NCBI GenBank assembly: GCA_043228905.1
Contig: JBHGNT010000002.1
Location: 26,040,001 to 26,104,000, forward strand
Direction: 5' to 3'
Source: Azolla caroliniana
Lineage: Eukaryota; Plantae; Polypodiophyta
Length of the DNA: 64,000 nt
How positions within the stretch are numbered: position 1 is the first letter of the stretch; every line of letters begins with the position of its first letter. Made by a program: the position numbers and the translations under genes. This document shows, piece by piece, positions 47,790-60,954 of the stretch. The notes beneath the pieces were generated by a model, which was given only the letters and a program-made list of their open reading frames with translations, was not told the origin of the DNA and did no database searches.

Positions 47790-48800
47790 GATGAGCAACA
47801 CCTGATTCAACGTACACCGGGGGTTCCGATGCAACTCCCCCCGATTTGTGTTCCACCTCTCCCCATATTTCAGGTAAGGTCATCTCACTCTCCTTGTCAG
47901 ATAATGATAAGAACCTTGTCTTAGCAAAAGTACAACGACTAGAGGCGGTCTCTATAGTGGCGCATATGGAAGGATCAAGGCCAAAAAGGCATGAGTTGCA
48001 TCGTATGTTGTACGCAACCTTCCTAGAAGAAATCAACAATATTGTGTGGAATTCATAGGCAAAACATGTTATCATTTGGAGTTTACCGATCCTTCGTTTG
48101 TTGATCGTTTGTTGAAGATCAAACATACATTGTTGCAAGGCGCTTTGATATCTTTCTACAAGTAGACTCATAATGTGGTTGTAGAAGATATTTTGTTGCA
48201 CAAAGAAGCCCACATGATCTTTACAACAGTTTTTCCGGGATTGAAGAAAGAATGACGTCAAGTATATTATCCCAAATAGGCTCTCTTTTAGGTATTGTAA
48301 TAGTTATTAAAGACGAGGCTTCATAGGAGGAGGATCGTATACGAGGAGCACCAACTGTGAGGATTTTGGCACCCAGAAAAGCATCTTACCATCTTTAGTT
48401 TTGCTGCCAAATTTGCAAGAAAATAAAGAGTCGTTGCCCTAGAGGATTATGTATCAAGGGCTTATGGACCAATGTTTTATATGTAGACATTTTGGGCATT
48501 TAGGGAAGGATTGTCCTCGGAAATGCTATCGATCAGAGGAGGCCTCTAAATCAACTTCTAAGGTCGGGAGATGTGACTGGACTCCAGTAGCAGCTAAGCA
48601 TACTTTTAAACATTTTAACTCTATGGTCAATTCTATAGTTTTGTTTGGTTGTAATCCGTATAATACTTTAAATAGCGATGAAGGTAAGAATATCTTCTCG
48701 CAAAATATTGTAAGGGGGATGAATAAAGACGTTTAAATACATAGTTTATCAACCTCAAAGCAAGATCAAGAAGTCTTGACGATTAAAGAAAGTAAGGATA
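47790..48800 (+). mobile_element. Decayed L1-like LINE ORF1 (DUF4283-like region + CCHC zinc knuckle)
   Basis: CFICRHFGHLGKDC (CX2CX4HX4C), preceded by a frameshifted ORF1-like region (GSRPKRHELHRML..., GKTCYHLEF). Confidence 0.65.
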
Positions 48801-50109
48801 GCCATCATAAGTTAGAGGCTTCGTCTATTGGGCATCCCAAAGGTAATCAATTGGGGGATAAAGGGAAGCAGATCATCTAATCCTTGCCTCACCCGGTGCC
48901 TCAAGATAAGGGGTGACAAATTGATTGTTCAGGTGTTGCCATGGATTGTGAAAAGCAATTACCTTTAGTAATTTATGAGGAGGATCCATCAAAACAGAAG
49001 TCTCACTTGGTTTTGGAAACGATGGTTCCCCAAGACACTAACGATTTTTCTTTTTCGGCAGTAGCCTTAGTTACAATTGATAATTCTACATTGGAAAAAG
49101 TGACGCCAGTCTGTGCACATAAATACTCAGGTAAAGATATGATGACAACTAGAAGACAATTACGAGTTGCTGAGGAAGGAAAACGTAGAGGAGTAGTTTT
49201 GGCAAGAAAAAGGATATTTTCATAATAAGTAGAATTAGACCGCGTTTACCTTGGGGGAAAATGGACTCAGGACCAGCTACATCTGTGGCTGCTTGGGAGC
49301 AATTTCAACTGCTCGTGGAGGAGATAAAAAAACAAATCTTATCTTCATTGTGTGGGGGTTGTTTGATGTCCGCTCAAATTCAGCAAGCTTTTCAAACTTG
49401 TGAAAGACAAATCAATTTGGCTAATACTTATACATGGTATGGTCTTTTCTCTCCTTTGGGTGTTTTAATATGTGTAGAGCATATGTTAACCAAGGTCAAA
49501 TAAGATTTTATGAGGTTAGCGATGTTGATATTTTATATTTAGTACATGAAGAAGTATAAATTATGCAGTTAGCCTCCGAAAAACCCATTAGGGTTATTAC
49601 TCGATTAAAGAAGAAGATTTTGGCATACCATGCAATACAATTACGGTATTATGGTCATTCCAAAGTAATTCGGTGGCACATCTTAATTCGAACCTAGCTC
49701 ATTATGCATGGCGGTTGGCTGGACGGTCCTCGACAAATAAACAAGAGAGTAGGATTCTTCCCTTTTTCCAGTATTCAGTGGCATATGGGAGATGTTTTTT
49801 GATGCAACGGCATGGTGTAAATCCTATTGCACAAAGGAACAACGGAAAAGATGCATAAGAAAAGGTGGAAAATTCGTAAAATATGGTGGTCAATACCTCT
49901 TTGGTTGAATGAGCCACATGAAGATCGTTGGAATTATGCTCCACCACATAGGCTATTCCCTCTTCCTAATCCTTTCTTATTTCAAACATAATTGTGAGGT
50001 ATATAGTTTCTTCCTCCCTCTTTAACTTACAGGTTGACAGGAAGGACATAAAGGAGGCAGATGTGCTAGTGGCAGGCCTATGGAGTGACAAGGGGAAGAT
50101 GGTGGATGT

Positions 50110-50730
50110 GGAAAATGAAGCATATTCTTATTTTGGATAAGGATGAGTGACGATGGTGTTGAGGTATGTAGCATATATTTAATGAGGAGATGAGAAGAGT
50201 AGTGTCATTTTGTTTTTCATTGTGTTTGTGTATGTACAGAATTTTGGTGGTGAATCTGTGACAGTGAGATGGTTGATGTGGACTTAATGAAGCAGATTTT
50301 ATGTTTTTTGATAAGGATGAGAGATGATGGTGTGGGGGGCGAAGCATATTCTCATGAGGAGATGAGGAAACTAGACTCATTTTATTGTTGTATGTGCAGG
50401 ATTTTGGTGGTAATCGGCGAGATGGTTGATGCGGACTTAACAAAGTAGAGTTTATGTTTTTGATAAGGATGAGTGACGATTGTTGGGGAGCGAAGCATAT
50501 GCTTACGAGGAAACTAGACTCATTTTGTTGTTGTATGTACAGGATTTTGGCAGTAATTGGCGAGATGGTTGGTGTGGACTTAATGAAGTAGAATTTATGT
50601 TTTGATAAAGATGAGTGATGACGGTGTGGGGGGCGAAGCATAGTTTCATGAGGAGAGGAGTAAACTTGACTAAATTTATTGTTGTATGTGCAAGAATTTG
50701 GTGGTAACCGGGGACATGGTTGATTTGGAA
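50110..50730. repeat. Degenerate tandem repeat, ~4 units of ~140-175 bp
   Basis: The anchor gataa(g/a)gatgag recurs at ~50136, 50310, 50462 and 50604, each followed by related blocks such as gcgaagcata, gattttgg and gagatggttg. Confidence 0.8.
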
Positions 50731-51167
50731 AGACAAAGCATTCTTTTTGTGTTTACAAACATGTAGGGAATACATTGTTCTCTACCTTGAAAGCTTGTGG
50801 TAGCATTCATTTTCTTTTGGATAAAGGTAGATTGATTGGTATTGCATTGGTGCATATAGCATGTCGAAAAAGCATTGTAATGGTTCCAATCGATGAGTTG
50901 CGAGGGCTTGTCTCCGAATGCAACAGTTACTTTTGTTGTTGACTATATAATAGCTTGAAATGTGTCTATGGAATAGTTGGCAAATTAGTTGACTGTTTTC
51001 CTCTACTTTGGAGTACATAGATTTGTTTCCTCAACCATTGTCTTACACAAGGCGGGTTGGGAAAAAATATTTTGTATATTGGAGTTGTTATGACTTTTTT
51101 AAAACTAATGGAAGGATATTTTGTTTTGAAAAATAAATAAATTTGATGTGCCTCGCAATATGAAATA

Positions 51168-51215
51168 GTTTGTTTTTTTTGGGGGGGGGGGGGGGGGGGG
51201 GGGGAGGGGAGGGGG
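51168..51215. repeat. T-run followed by a ~35-bp poly-G tract
   Basis: Seen directly in the sequence. Confidence 0.9.
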
Positions 51216-52779
51216 CTGTATTTGATGTATCATGAGCGTATGTGAGATCATTTCTAAGTTATATGCATCACACATTGAAATACACTCATTAGGAGAAGTT
51301 TTAGTGACATTTAGTATGTGAATGCATCACTCATTGAAAATAGATGTTGTGTAATTCCATGAATAGTTTAGCATACACTAGGCCATCATTCTCATTGTGA
51401 AGAGATTGTCGTTCTTGGGTGAAGAGATCATCCTTCTCATTATGAAGACAACTAATGGAGACGCTTAATTAGGTTTGATTAAAGGGCGCCACTTTGCATG
51501 TAACACCATTTGCATATGCACATTAGGAGAGTAGGAATGAAAGTTCGCAAAAGGATCTCATGTAAGAGTCATGGGATCAATGTGTCAATAGCTAGTATAT
51601 GTGATCCTCTCTATTTCCTTAGGTGGAATGGATTAGTCACATTCAAATTATGTGACAATGGAAAGCATATGACTAGTCACCAATAGAATTACTTCCACAC
51701 GAGAAAATTGGAGCAATTTTTAAATTGTCTTCCATGCACTTGTCTTGGACCGTGCAAGTAAACAAATACATATGGGTTAGGACAATTATTTGGATTAGGT
51801 AAAGGCAATCAATTTTTAAGTGTCTACTGGCAATAGTCTTCATAAAACGTGCACATTTCAAATGGGACATAGACATTGCCAAAAAAAGTTACCTTAGGTT
51901 ATTTTATGCCTCAACAATTGCTTTCCAACATGCTAGGAACAATATATTTTCATCCCTATTTGGAAAAGTAGACAAAGATCATAATAGATCCATCTATTTA
52001 GAGGCAAACTTGTAATTACAATAATTTAACCTCGGTTTTATAAACATAAGTACCACCACTTCATCATTATGCCTATATTTTATTATGAATCGTTGTTATT
52101 ATAAGAAGCATAAAGGAAATTCCTTCACATTGTGCTTGTTATAAAACATGCAATATTTGTTGTCTTTGCATGTCACCTTACAATAATATCATCGGACAAT
52201 TGTCATTTATCAATGTGAAGTGCATCATCATTTCATCACGGTTGCACGATCGATGACACACAACATTAGTTATTGAAAATATAGTTGAGTGGTCAAGGAT
52301 CTTTACATCCTAGTAACTACAATATTGATTTATGTCAATCAATTTATGTAATTAAAATTACCTTTAGCAGATATTTAGGACGGCCCATTCCATTCGAGGC
52401 ATTTATATATATGTGTGACTAGTATATATATAATATGTACATTGAAGAAATTTACACACACGAAAGGGTACTCCCAATTTGTTATGTAGATCTTGTTAAA
52501 GTTTATGCCCTCGCAACTCATAAAACATCTAATAAGTATTCTAAAAGGTATTGTTCTTAATTTTTTTAGCAGGATTTCTAAGAATGTATGTGAGCAAGCT
52601 TTTTAATTCTTTTTTCCATCTCCAAATATCCTCTTTTTTTCCTTGAAAGATTTTCTTAAGTAATATTAAGAAAAAACGCATGAAGGCTACAACTTGAAGT
52701 TTACTCCTCTCTACAACGTTTATGCACAATGATGTACAATTATCATAAGGCCAAATATAGGAAGTTATAAAGGGGTTTT

Positions 52780-53480
52780 GAAACTTGATGAGGTACATTG
52801 TCATGGTGTACTGATATTCAAGGTCCATGGAAGTTGATAGTTCCATTGAGGCCCTAACGCTATAAAGAGGAGCAACTTTCTCCATAACTAAATAAGCTTA
52901 TTCCTTCTCTTAATAGCATTTTCTGGAGAACCATGCATATTATCATACTGACCACGGACTACTGCCAACAATTTCTCCCATATCTCGAGTAGTACATTTG
53001 AGAGATTGAGATTTGTTGCATCATAAAGTCGGTTACATCTACATTTCCATAATGCCCATAACGTTACTGTAGTCACTGTTTTCCAGACACAGACAAATTT
53101 CTTCTATTGTGTACCCTCATGGCCTCATGAACGTCATTTGCCTCATACAACATCAAGTTGGGATGTAAAACTCCCCACACCACCGCTCCCCATGAGAACA
53201 AGCAACCAACATTGATCGTTAGGAATAAAGAAATAACTTTATTCCATACTTTCGAGGTTGCTTGGTAGTCTCTCAAGCTGCTTAGCAAAAGCCACATTGC
53301 TTGAGATTGGGTGCTACATTCCCTTTCAATGAATGATCAACTGGTAATGTTGCATGCACTAATAGCCATATGAAGAGAATACATTTAGTGGGCCCATTGA
53401 ATGACTAGATACATCTCCAGTATGTTTTCAAATGCAAATTTGAAACACCCCAGTTAGTCCAATGTTGTTGAGTTGCTGGT
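52780..53480 (-). mobile_element. LINE 3' remnant (zf-RVT and C-terminal domain)
   Basis: KCILFIWLLVHATLPV...CGFC...ET...KVWNKV and TVTLWALWKCRCNRLYD, typical of the plant L1 zf-RVT/RNaseH-adjacent region. Frameshifted. Confidence 0.65.
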
Positions 53481-56400
53481 ACTGTTACATTACGAGACAT
53501 CAACAATGACCTTCCAAGTTTCACTAAATACTAAAAGAAGGGAACCTTTATGGCTTGTTCCCCCAAGGAGTGTAACCATAACCAACCCCCCAGATCTCAT
53601 AGTAACGTTTGCAACATGTTCTTTTGCATACAACCGCATAATATCACACATGTGAGCAATGGAAGGATAAAGATAAAGCAATCACTTCTTTCTAGTTTTA
53701 GCCACCACTCTTCCGCGAGTGTTGTAGATAGTTACAATCAAAGGCATAAGGTTGCAATCAATTGTTGTCGAGAACCTCAAAATAAGAAATGCACCCATTA
53801 GGTGACACACCCTTGACAACCAATAATGTGTCATTTATGAAGCATCCAAACCCTATTCATTGTAATAGTGGACTATTTTAATACCAATGGAGGATATTTT
53901 TATGTAAAAAAAACCATCTTGCATTTCATGATTACTAGTGACAAAAGAGGATACCCAAATAACATTTGACCTTGGGAGTTTTGATTCCAGATATGTTGGT
54001 CATCTGGGCCCTGTGGACAATTTTGATTCTTATGAAGATGGAGAATTGATTGGTTATGAAGGGGGAAATCTACTTGGAAAATAACACAATCGATCAGAAG
54101 ACGGAGAAGGATGGAAAGGGTTGGCATATAGAAAGTTAGATGAAAAAAGAAACATAGAATATTTGCCCATCGTCATCACTATCATCATTGCTTTTTTCTT
54201 TATAATGGACATCATCATGTGTTCTCTCCATTAATATCATCATGATGTAAGTTACACTTTCACAATACTTCAAGTTCGAGGATTATGAGCTCTTAAAAAA
54301 TATGTAGTTTATCCATGCAGTACTATGCATACATGAATTGATCAATTTGTGTGACTTGGGATTGGTTACAATCTAATTTATTAGCAAACAATTGTTGAGA
54401 TTGGTTCCCTTAACATGGAAATAATTTATTGTCTGCCTATTCTTGAATTTATCGTCTCATGGGTTTGAGTGGGATTAGGATCATCTTCTGATCTCCACAA
54501 AAATACTTAAATGTATACACAAAGTTGACAGTAAATGTGGCTCAATGATTGAAGTGTAATGTAAATTGCAATCATCAAATCAGTAACTAAAATTGCTATT
54601 ATTTATTCCTTGAATATGCCTAAAGTTTTGAGATTATAAATCATGATAGTGTCTCATATATTGTGGACATCAAGCACAATTTACAAATTTGCTTTTATTT
54701 TGTCAATGAAACTTGAAACCATATAATTACAGTAAAAGTTTAAGTAGAGTATCATTAAGCATATATTATTGTATTCTGATCAATATAAGCATCCTTAATG
54801 TTGAATAGGTTAATTTTTTAATACATACAATTTGTGGTATAAGGACAATAATTTCTTCATATTAAGGTCACTATGATAGCTTGATAAGTCGTAGAAAAAT
54901 TTTACTACTGTATACATGGCATTAGCTTTCTCGAAGTTAATTTTGAGGGAAAATAATTGTATTGTTTTCCTAATGCTGAATGAATAACGCATGTTGATTT
55001 TGCAGATAAACAACTACATTCTTTGCATCCCAATACAACACAAAAAGTGTGAAATAATATTCAATACCAATGATGTATATGCTAATATACATGTGACCAG
55101 CGATGATATTTTGCTATTACCGATGGTTATGGTATCATTGAAGTCATAATGTTAGGAGTTAATGTCCATGCCAAGTGCATTGCGTCAATCTCATGATCAA
55201 CGTGTGTTAAGTTTTAACCCCAATGATAAAAGAACCTATTATGGATGTATCTTTATATCAACAAGGCAACAACTCGCAAGTTAAGCATGAAATGTACATC
55301 ATTAAGGGTACAAAGGGCAAACTTCTCTTTGGCAAGAACATTACTATAATACATTTGTAAATGTCCTTTTACTAGTACTTCGTAACATTGTTGTTGAAGT
55401 TGTTTTTAATATCAACAATGACAATGCCATTATCAAAATAATATACGAAGGTATTGCATACATAAAAGGTGTCATGAACAATATGTGATGATTGATAAAT
55501 TATTAGTGGGTTGGTTGATTCAAGATATCACACCAAGCATGACGGGTCATGAAATACGTATTCGTTTGCACTTGGATAATGATGTTATTGTTGTAAATGT
55601 GCAAAGTTTATTGACAACTTTAACTCAACCCTCGATGTACTTTGGCGTCAAAAGTAAGAAAACAACAAGAAGTAGATATTTGCAAAAATTAATAAGTATC
55701 TTTATCTCTGTCTCTACCTATGCGAAGGTGTTAACTATGAGATATTTGATTTTAGGTCGTGGCTTCAGATTCCATTTTCCTTCTTCAGATATACTAATCC
55801 TCGTTGTTGAAGAGAGACAAAAAACACTAGCCCAATAAAAAAATCAAGTTTCCCTACACAAATATAACTTCTTTTTTCTCATTGATGGAACAAGGGTGCA
55901 CAAGTGGGAGTGGGAGTGGGAGTGGGAGTTATTATAACTACGAATTTTAGTGTTCCGAAGATTTGTTTGTGTGCCTTAACCTCACAAAAAATATCACTAG
56001 GACATAAATATCAAATTATCAATATCAAGAACACGTCCATGAAATAGAATTTTGTTACCGCAATCATCATCCATTGCAATAATTGATAATCAAATGCTCC
56101 AATCAATTGAGTGATATGGTTGTTTGCATGTCACACTACAATAACCATAAAATATTGAAGGCAATTGTTCTCCAATTTAAGCCTCTAGTGTATTTATTTT
56201 TAGGTAGTGAACATTTGATATCAAAGTTCCTATATGATGTCAAAATAGAGAGCAACATTAGCATGATGTAGACTATTATTTTTGACAAATTTGGCATGTA
56301 TTTACTCAAACATGATGTATTAGCAATGACCTTTATTCATTAAGGACACTAGAAAAGGTTGCGTGATGGATCATTCTTGTAGGGAGTTTGATTGTTGCCG

Positions 56401-57851
56401 TTCGTAAAGGGTGATGTACAATGATAGACCACATTGACAACGTCATTGTAAGCTCTGAAATGACAATGAATCCTTGAGTGATATAATATGCCATCTTGTC
56501 GAGGAGGTCGATTCTTGATAATCTCATAGTAGACGAAATGTGTGGATATCCACGGACCACAGGCAGATTGTTAAGACAACCTTGGTGACATTTTTATGGG
56601 AGGTTGATTCTAGCCAATCTTGATAAAGACATGATGTGTAAATATGCATTTATACAATGATAATGCCATATTGGCAATATCAATTAAAGTTTAAAGAAAA
56701 TGAGTGTAAAAATGGCGTTGGTTGGAGGGATACATTTAGTACCAAGGTAGTTGGGTGGGATATATTTGAAGAAGATGAAGGTCATAAATATCTTGAGCTA
56801 TCTTTTTAGCATTTATCGTCGATAAAAAATCACACACACGCACATATGTATGTATGTATATATATTGTATTGGATTCAAAATGATAAAAAATACATTGGT
56901 ATTGAATGGAACCTACCAAACACAACATTGCTTATTCTTGAGTATGAACTATCAAGCAACCATTACAAGTCACTAATTGGTACCATAGAAATGTTCCATT
57001 GAATTTAACCATTGATGAAAGTCTAAAGTTTCTTATCAATAATAAACTAAATAAGGACATAGACCTGAAAAATGATGAGAGTTAGCATTTAAATATATAT
57101 AGATAGATTGTGGATTACATTTGTGGATTTGCAAATTCCTTGTATAACATGCTTCTTTGACTCTTAGTTTTCTCCAATTGTTTTGCATTCAATTGGTTGC
57201 AACATGCAAATGTCAAGTATTGCTAACTCAATACATATAGTTCTTGGCTATATATTTGCACATGTACCATTATGTTCGTTATACAAATGTGCAATGTATG
57301 CTTTCATGTTGATATTGTTCACAACACCATCTAACTCAAACCAATTATTAATCAAATGATTTTTTTTTTCTTAATTGTTAATTGTTCGCTCTACTTGAAG
57401 TACAATTACGTACAAACTAAATACTTGTGCAAACATACATTAGAGTGAAAACACAATGTATCAAATAAAGGATATTGTTTGAAAAGAAACTCCATTCTTT
57501 AAAACATACGTAAACATCTAATAATGAGAGATTTTGCTCTAGTTTTAACCACTTTAGTACTACTATTGGTGACTTCTAAGAGTTCGTCGTCCAACATTTG
57601 GTATCATAATGAGGATGAATGTTTAACCATTAATCATTGTGTTTATAAGTCTAAGGTGTTATGCCTCTAAGCCCGGCATAAACCACCCTCCATGAAAGAG
57701 GATGAATTTGGTATGCCCATGCCTTTGAGTCAATTTGAGAGTTAAACCTCCATGCCATGCATTTGCGCAACCTTGTGAAAGAGGGCAATTTCGGCATATA
57801 AGAGGATGTTGTAAGGCAATATTCATATTAGGTCAAGTTGGCTACATCAAA

Positions 57852-58304
57852 GATCCTTAACACCTTCAAGTTCTAGGTCTAGTCCTCGATATGTTTGTCC
57901 CCGACAACAATAACAAAAATGTTCCATGTTCATTGGATAACGTGTAGACAAGTAAACAAACCATTGTTAGAACCAAAGATCAACATATGGAGAGCAAGCC
58001 AAAGTGACAAATACACGAGCCTTGCAAATTAGTAGCATCCCAACATGTTCACAATTGAAAACATATTATATTGACCACGATCCTTAACACCTTCAAGTTC
58101 TAGGTCTAGTCCTCAATATGTTTGTCCCCGACAACAATAACAAAAATGTTCCATGTTCATTGGATAACATGTAGACAAGTGAACAAACCATTGTCAGAAC
58201 CAAAGATCAACATATGGAGAGCAAGCCAAAGTGACAAATACACGAGCCTTGCAAATTAGTAGCATCCCAATATGTTCACAATTGAAAACATATTACATTG
58301 ACCA
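57852..58304. repeat. Direct tandem duplication, 2 x ~227 bp
   Basis: gatccttaacaccttcaagttc...ttgacca starts at 57852 and 58079, with a handful of transitions. Confidence 0.93.
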
Positions 58305-60424
58305 TAGACGTTCCAATGAAAAGCACAATGATTTGTATGATATTTGTGAAATGCGTGCACAATGACACTTGCTTATTTAAGAGTGTGGGTTGCTAGATGT
58401 GAGAAGAGGTAAGGAAAGCAAAATCTAATTAGTAGGAAATTTGTTGGTCAAGAATAACAGTAACTACAAATGATAAGTAAGATATAATCATGGAAAGAGT
58501 AACACTTGCCTTACGAGTTATATGAACCTAGTCATGCTATGTCAATAACCCATCATTGATATCAATTTCACATCTCGAATATCGCCAAGTAAGCTACAAT
58601 GAAAAAGTGTACAAAGTTCAATGCACTATCGGGTACTAAATCCCCTTCAAGTGTACCATGATAAGCAATTACAAAGAAACAACTTTGATTTGATAATTGC
58701 AACAACGCATAGTTATATTACCTAAAGCCTTTGGATGTTGACCATTATAGCTATACAATCCTCACAATACTTATACTATGACGCAAATGAATCATTATTA
58801 TTGATTATTAGCATAATATGATAGTGAAGGGAGGATTCTCGCAAATTCGTATCGAAAGATAATGTTGAAAGTCTTAATGCTTATAATCTAGAGATGAGCA
58901 CACTTCGCCTCCCCTTCAGCTATGGTAAGATATTGTAATTTACTGTAGGTATTTATTTCCTCTTTTCCAAAATGTGAACAACACAATTAAGTACCTTACC
59001 AAGGTGATAATATATGCGAACATATTGTTGTCTCATTAGAATAAAGGTAATGGCTACCTTGGTAGGTGTTATAAACTTACAAGTCATTAGTAGTATGTCA
59101 GCTCTTTGTGGTGGTTATGTCGACATACGGTGAGGTTATTAAAAGCAAGGTGTGTAGGCAAGAATAGTGTCATTGGAAAAGTGTGCAGGGCTTATGGAAA
59201 TTGTGTAAGGTATAGCGAATTTTTAACAAGTTTGTCCAAAGTATTTGATAAATCTAACATCAAAACAATAACCATTTCAAACCCAAATGGAAAGAATTGA
59301 AGGAAACATGTTATGTTGATGTCTACATGTCTCGTTCTAAGATTAGCCACCATAAAATTGCCATAGGAAAGAATCAACCAAAGGAGCCCCCAACTTTGTA
59401 AGGAAGGGGCAAATAGCCCAATAGGCTTGCATTTACATGGGTCATTAAGATTTAAATTTGGTAACCTTCACAAAATTTAAGGAAAAAATTCCATACTATG
59501 ATATGGACACCATTGGAATGATTGGGAATATTCAAACCAACCGAAAAGAACTTGATAATTCCACTCTACAACTCGACAATAAACCCTCAAAATCCCTAAT
59601 TGCTACAAATATTGCACCATAGAACAATATGGGAAACGAGCTTTGTTGCTTCATAAGAACAAACTCTTCCCATGAGCTAGCATGTAAACATTTAGTTATG
59701 GTAAAGTTGAAGCCATGCACATGCTATTACAGTCGCACATGAATACATGGTTAAGTTACCCACACCAGTACGAGTTTATTTACCCCCTACGACAAACAAT
59801 TAATTTACATATGTCCTCTTGACTAACTTCCACCACCTCTTCCACAACATGATTATATTTGTCCTTAGATAAGAAATTGGCCAATGATAGTTTACACTCT
59901 CTTTGATTACATTTCCATGATGCGGGGATTTGTATCAGGCTAAGCTACAATGGCCTATTCAGAGAGTGTCAATGCATGCAATGCACCCTATAAAGAAGAT
60001 GCCAAATCTCTCTACTTTTGCATTCACCTATAATAGTACGAATGCATTATTCTTTCTTTGTGACCGTGCGTTCTCTCTTGGTCCCAACTTGAATGCCGCC
60101 CCCACAATAGTTATAGTACATCTTGCTAATCACACTCTCTATGCAATGACAACAACACTAAGGCATAAACACAATGTTGACATGGCAAAAACCGACACTT
60201 CGGTCAGGTTTGCAAGGAATGCTTATAGAGAAACCGCCCGTTTTGGAATGTCCCACACCGGGACACCAGCTCGGTAGGAAGCTTGAAACCACTTGGGGGA
60301 GGAAGATAAAAATGGGCACAGGTTTCGTGAACAATGAAGAGCTATCGGTGGGAAACAACATTGGGAGCTCTCGAGTGACTCTGGAGCATGATATGATATG
60401 ATAATGATGTGATCACATGGCATA

Positions 60425-60668
60425 CATCATCTATGTATCTATGTATCTAATATGTATGTCTCTCAGTCTATCTATCTATTATACCTATGTATGCATGCAT
60501 GCATGCATGCATGTATATATGTCTGTATGTATGTATGTAAGTATGTATCAGTATGTATGTATGTATCAGTATGTATGTATGTATGTATGGGATGGCCCCA
60601 TTCCTTTTCCTCCTCTTTCATACTGTGAGTGTGAATTGCCTCCCTCCTCTCTAGTCAGACAGAGCATC

Positions 60669-60712
<44 letters not shown>
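60425..60712. repeat. (ATGT/ATGC)n and (CT)n microsatellites upstream of the SEC14 gene
   Basis: Tetranucleotide runs at 60485-60590 and a CT run at 60673-60712. Confidence 0.9.
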
Positions 60713-60713
<1 letters not shown>

Positions 60714-60796
60714 ACCCAGTAAGCCTCTGTTAAGCTCTGTCGGCGAAACTCTCTCCCATCCATTTCAAGTTTTTTAGGGTTCCATCCTTCCCCCGC

Positions 60797-60954
60797 TATA
60801 AATTTAGGGTTTCCCATGTGCCGTTGATCCTTCTTACCCTCCCCTGCTTCTCGAAATCTGTCAATCTTTTACATTCACCACACCAGCACTTAACAACAAA
60901 CACAGACAAACAACAAAGACAACAACACAAACAGGTTTGAATCATAAAACCCTA
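60797..60954 (+). promoter_or_regulatory. Putative core promoter and first non-coding exon of the SEC14 gene (TATA box, telo-boxes, donor at 60935)
   Basis: TATAAAT at 60797, TAGGGTTT at 60805, a CA-rich leader ending CAG|GTTTG at 60934/5, AAACCCTA at 60947, then T-rich intron-like sequence. Confidence 0.4.

Noticed and set aside
53500-60160. Possible genes or transposase remnants in this intergenic stretch (also 15500-19500 and 38300-41000)
   Set aside because: Only short ORFs without recognisable motifs. Probably old TE debris that I cannot classify by eye.
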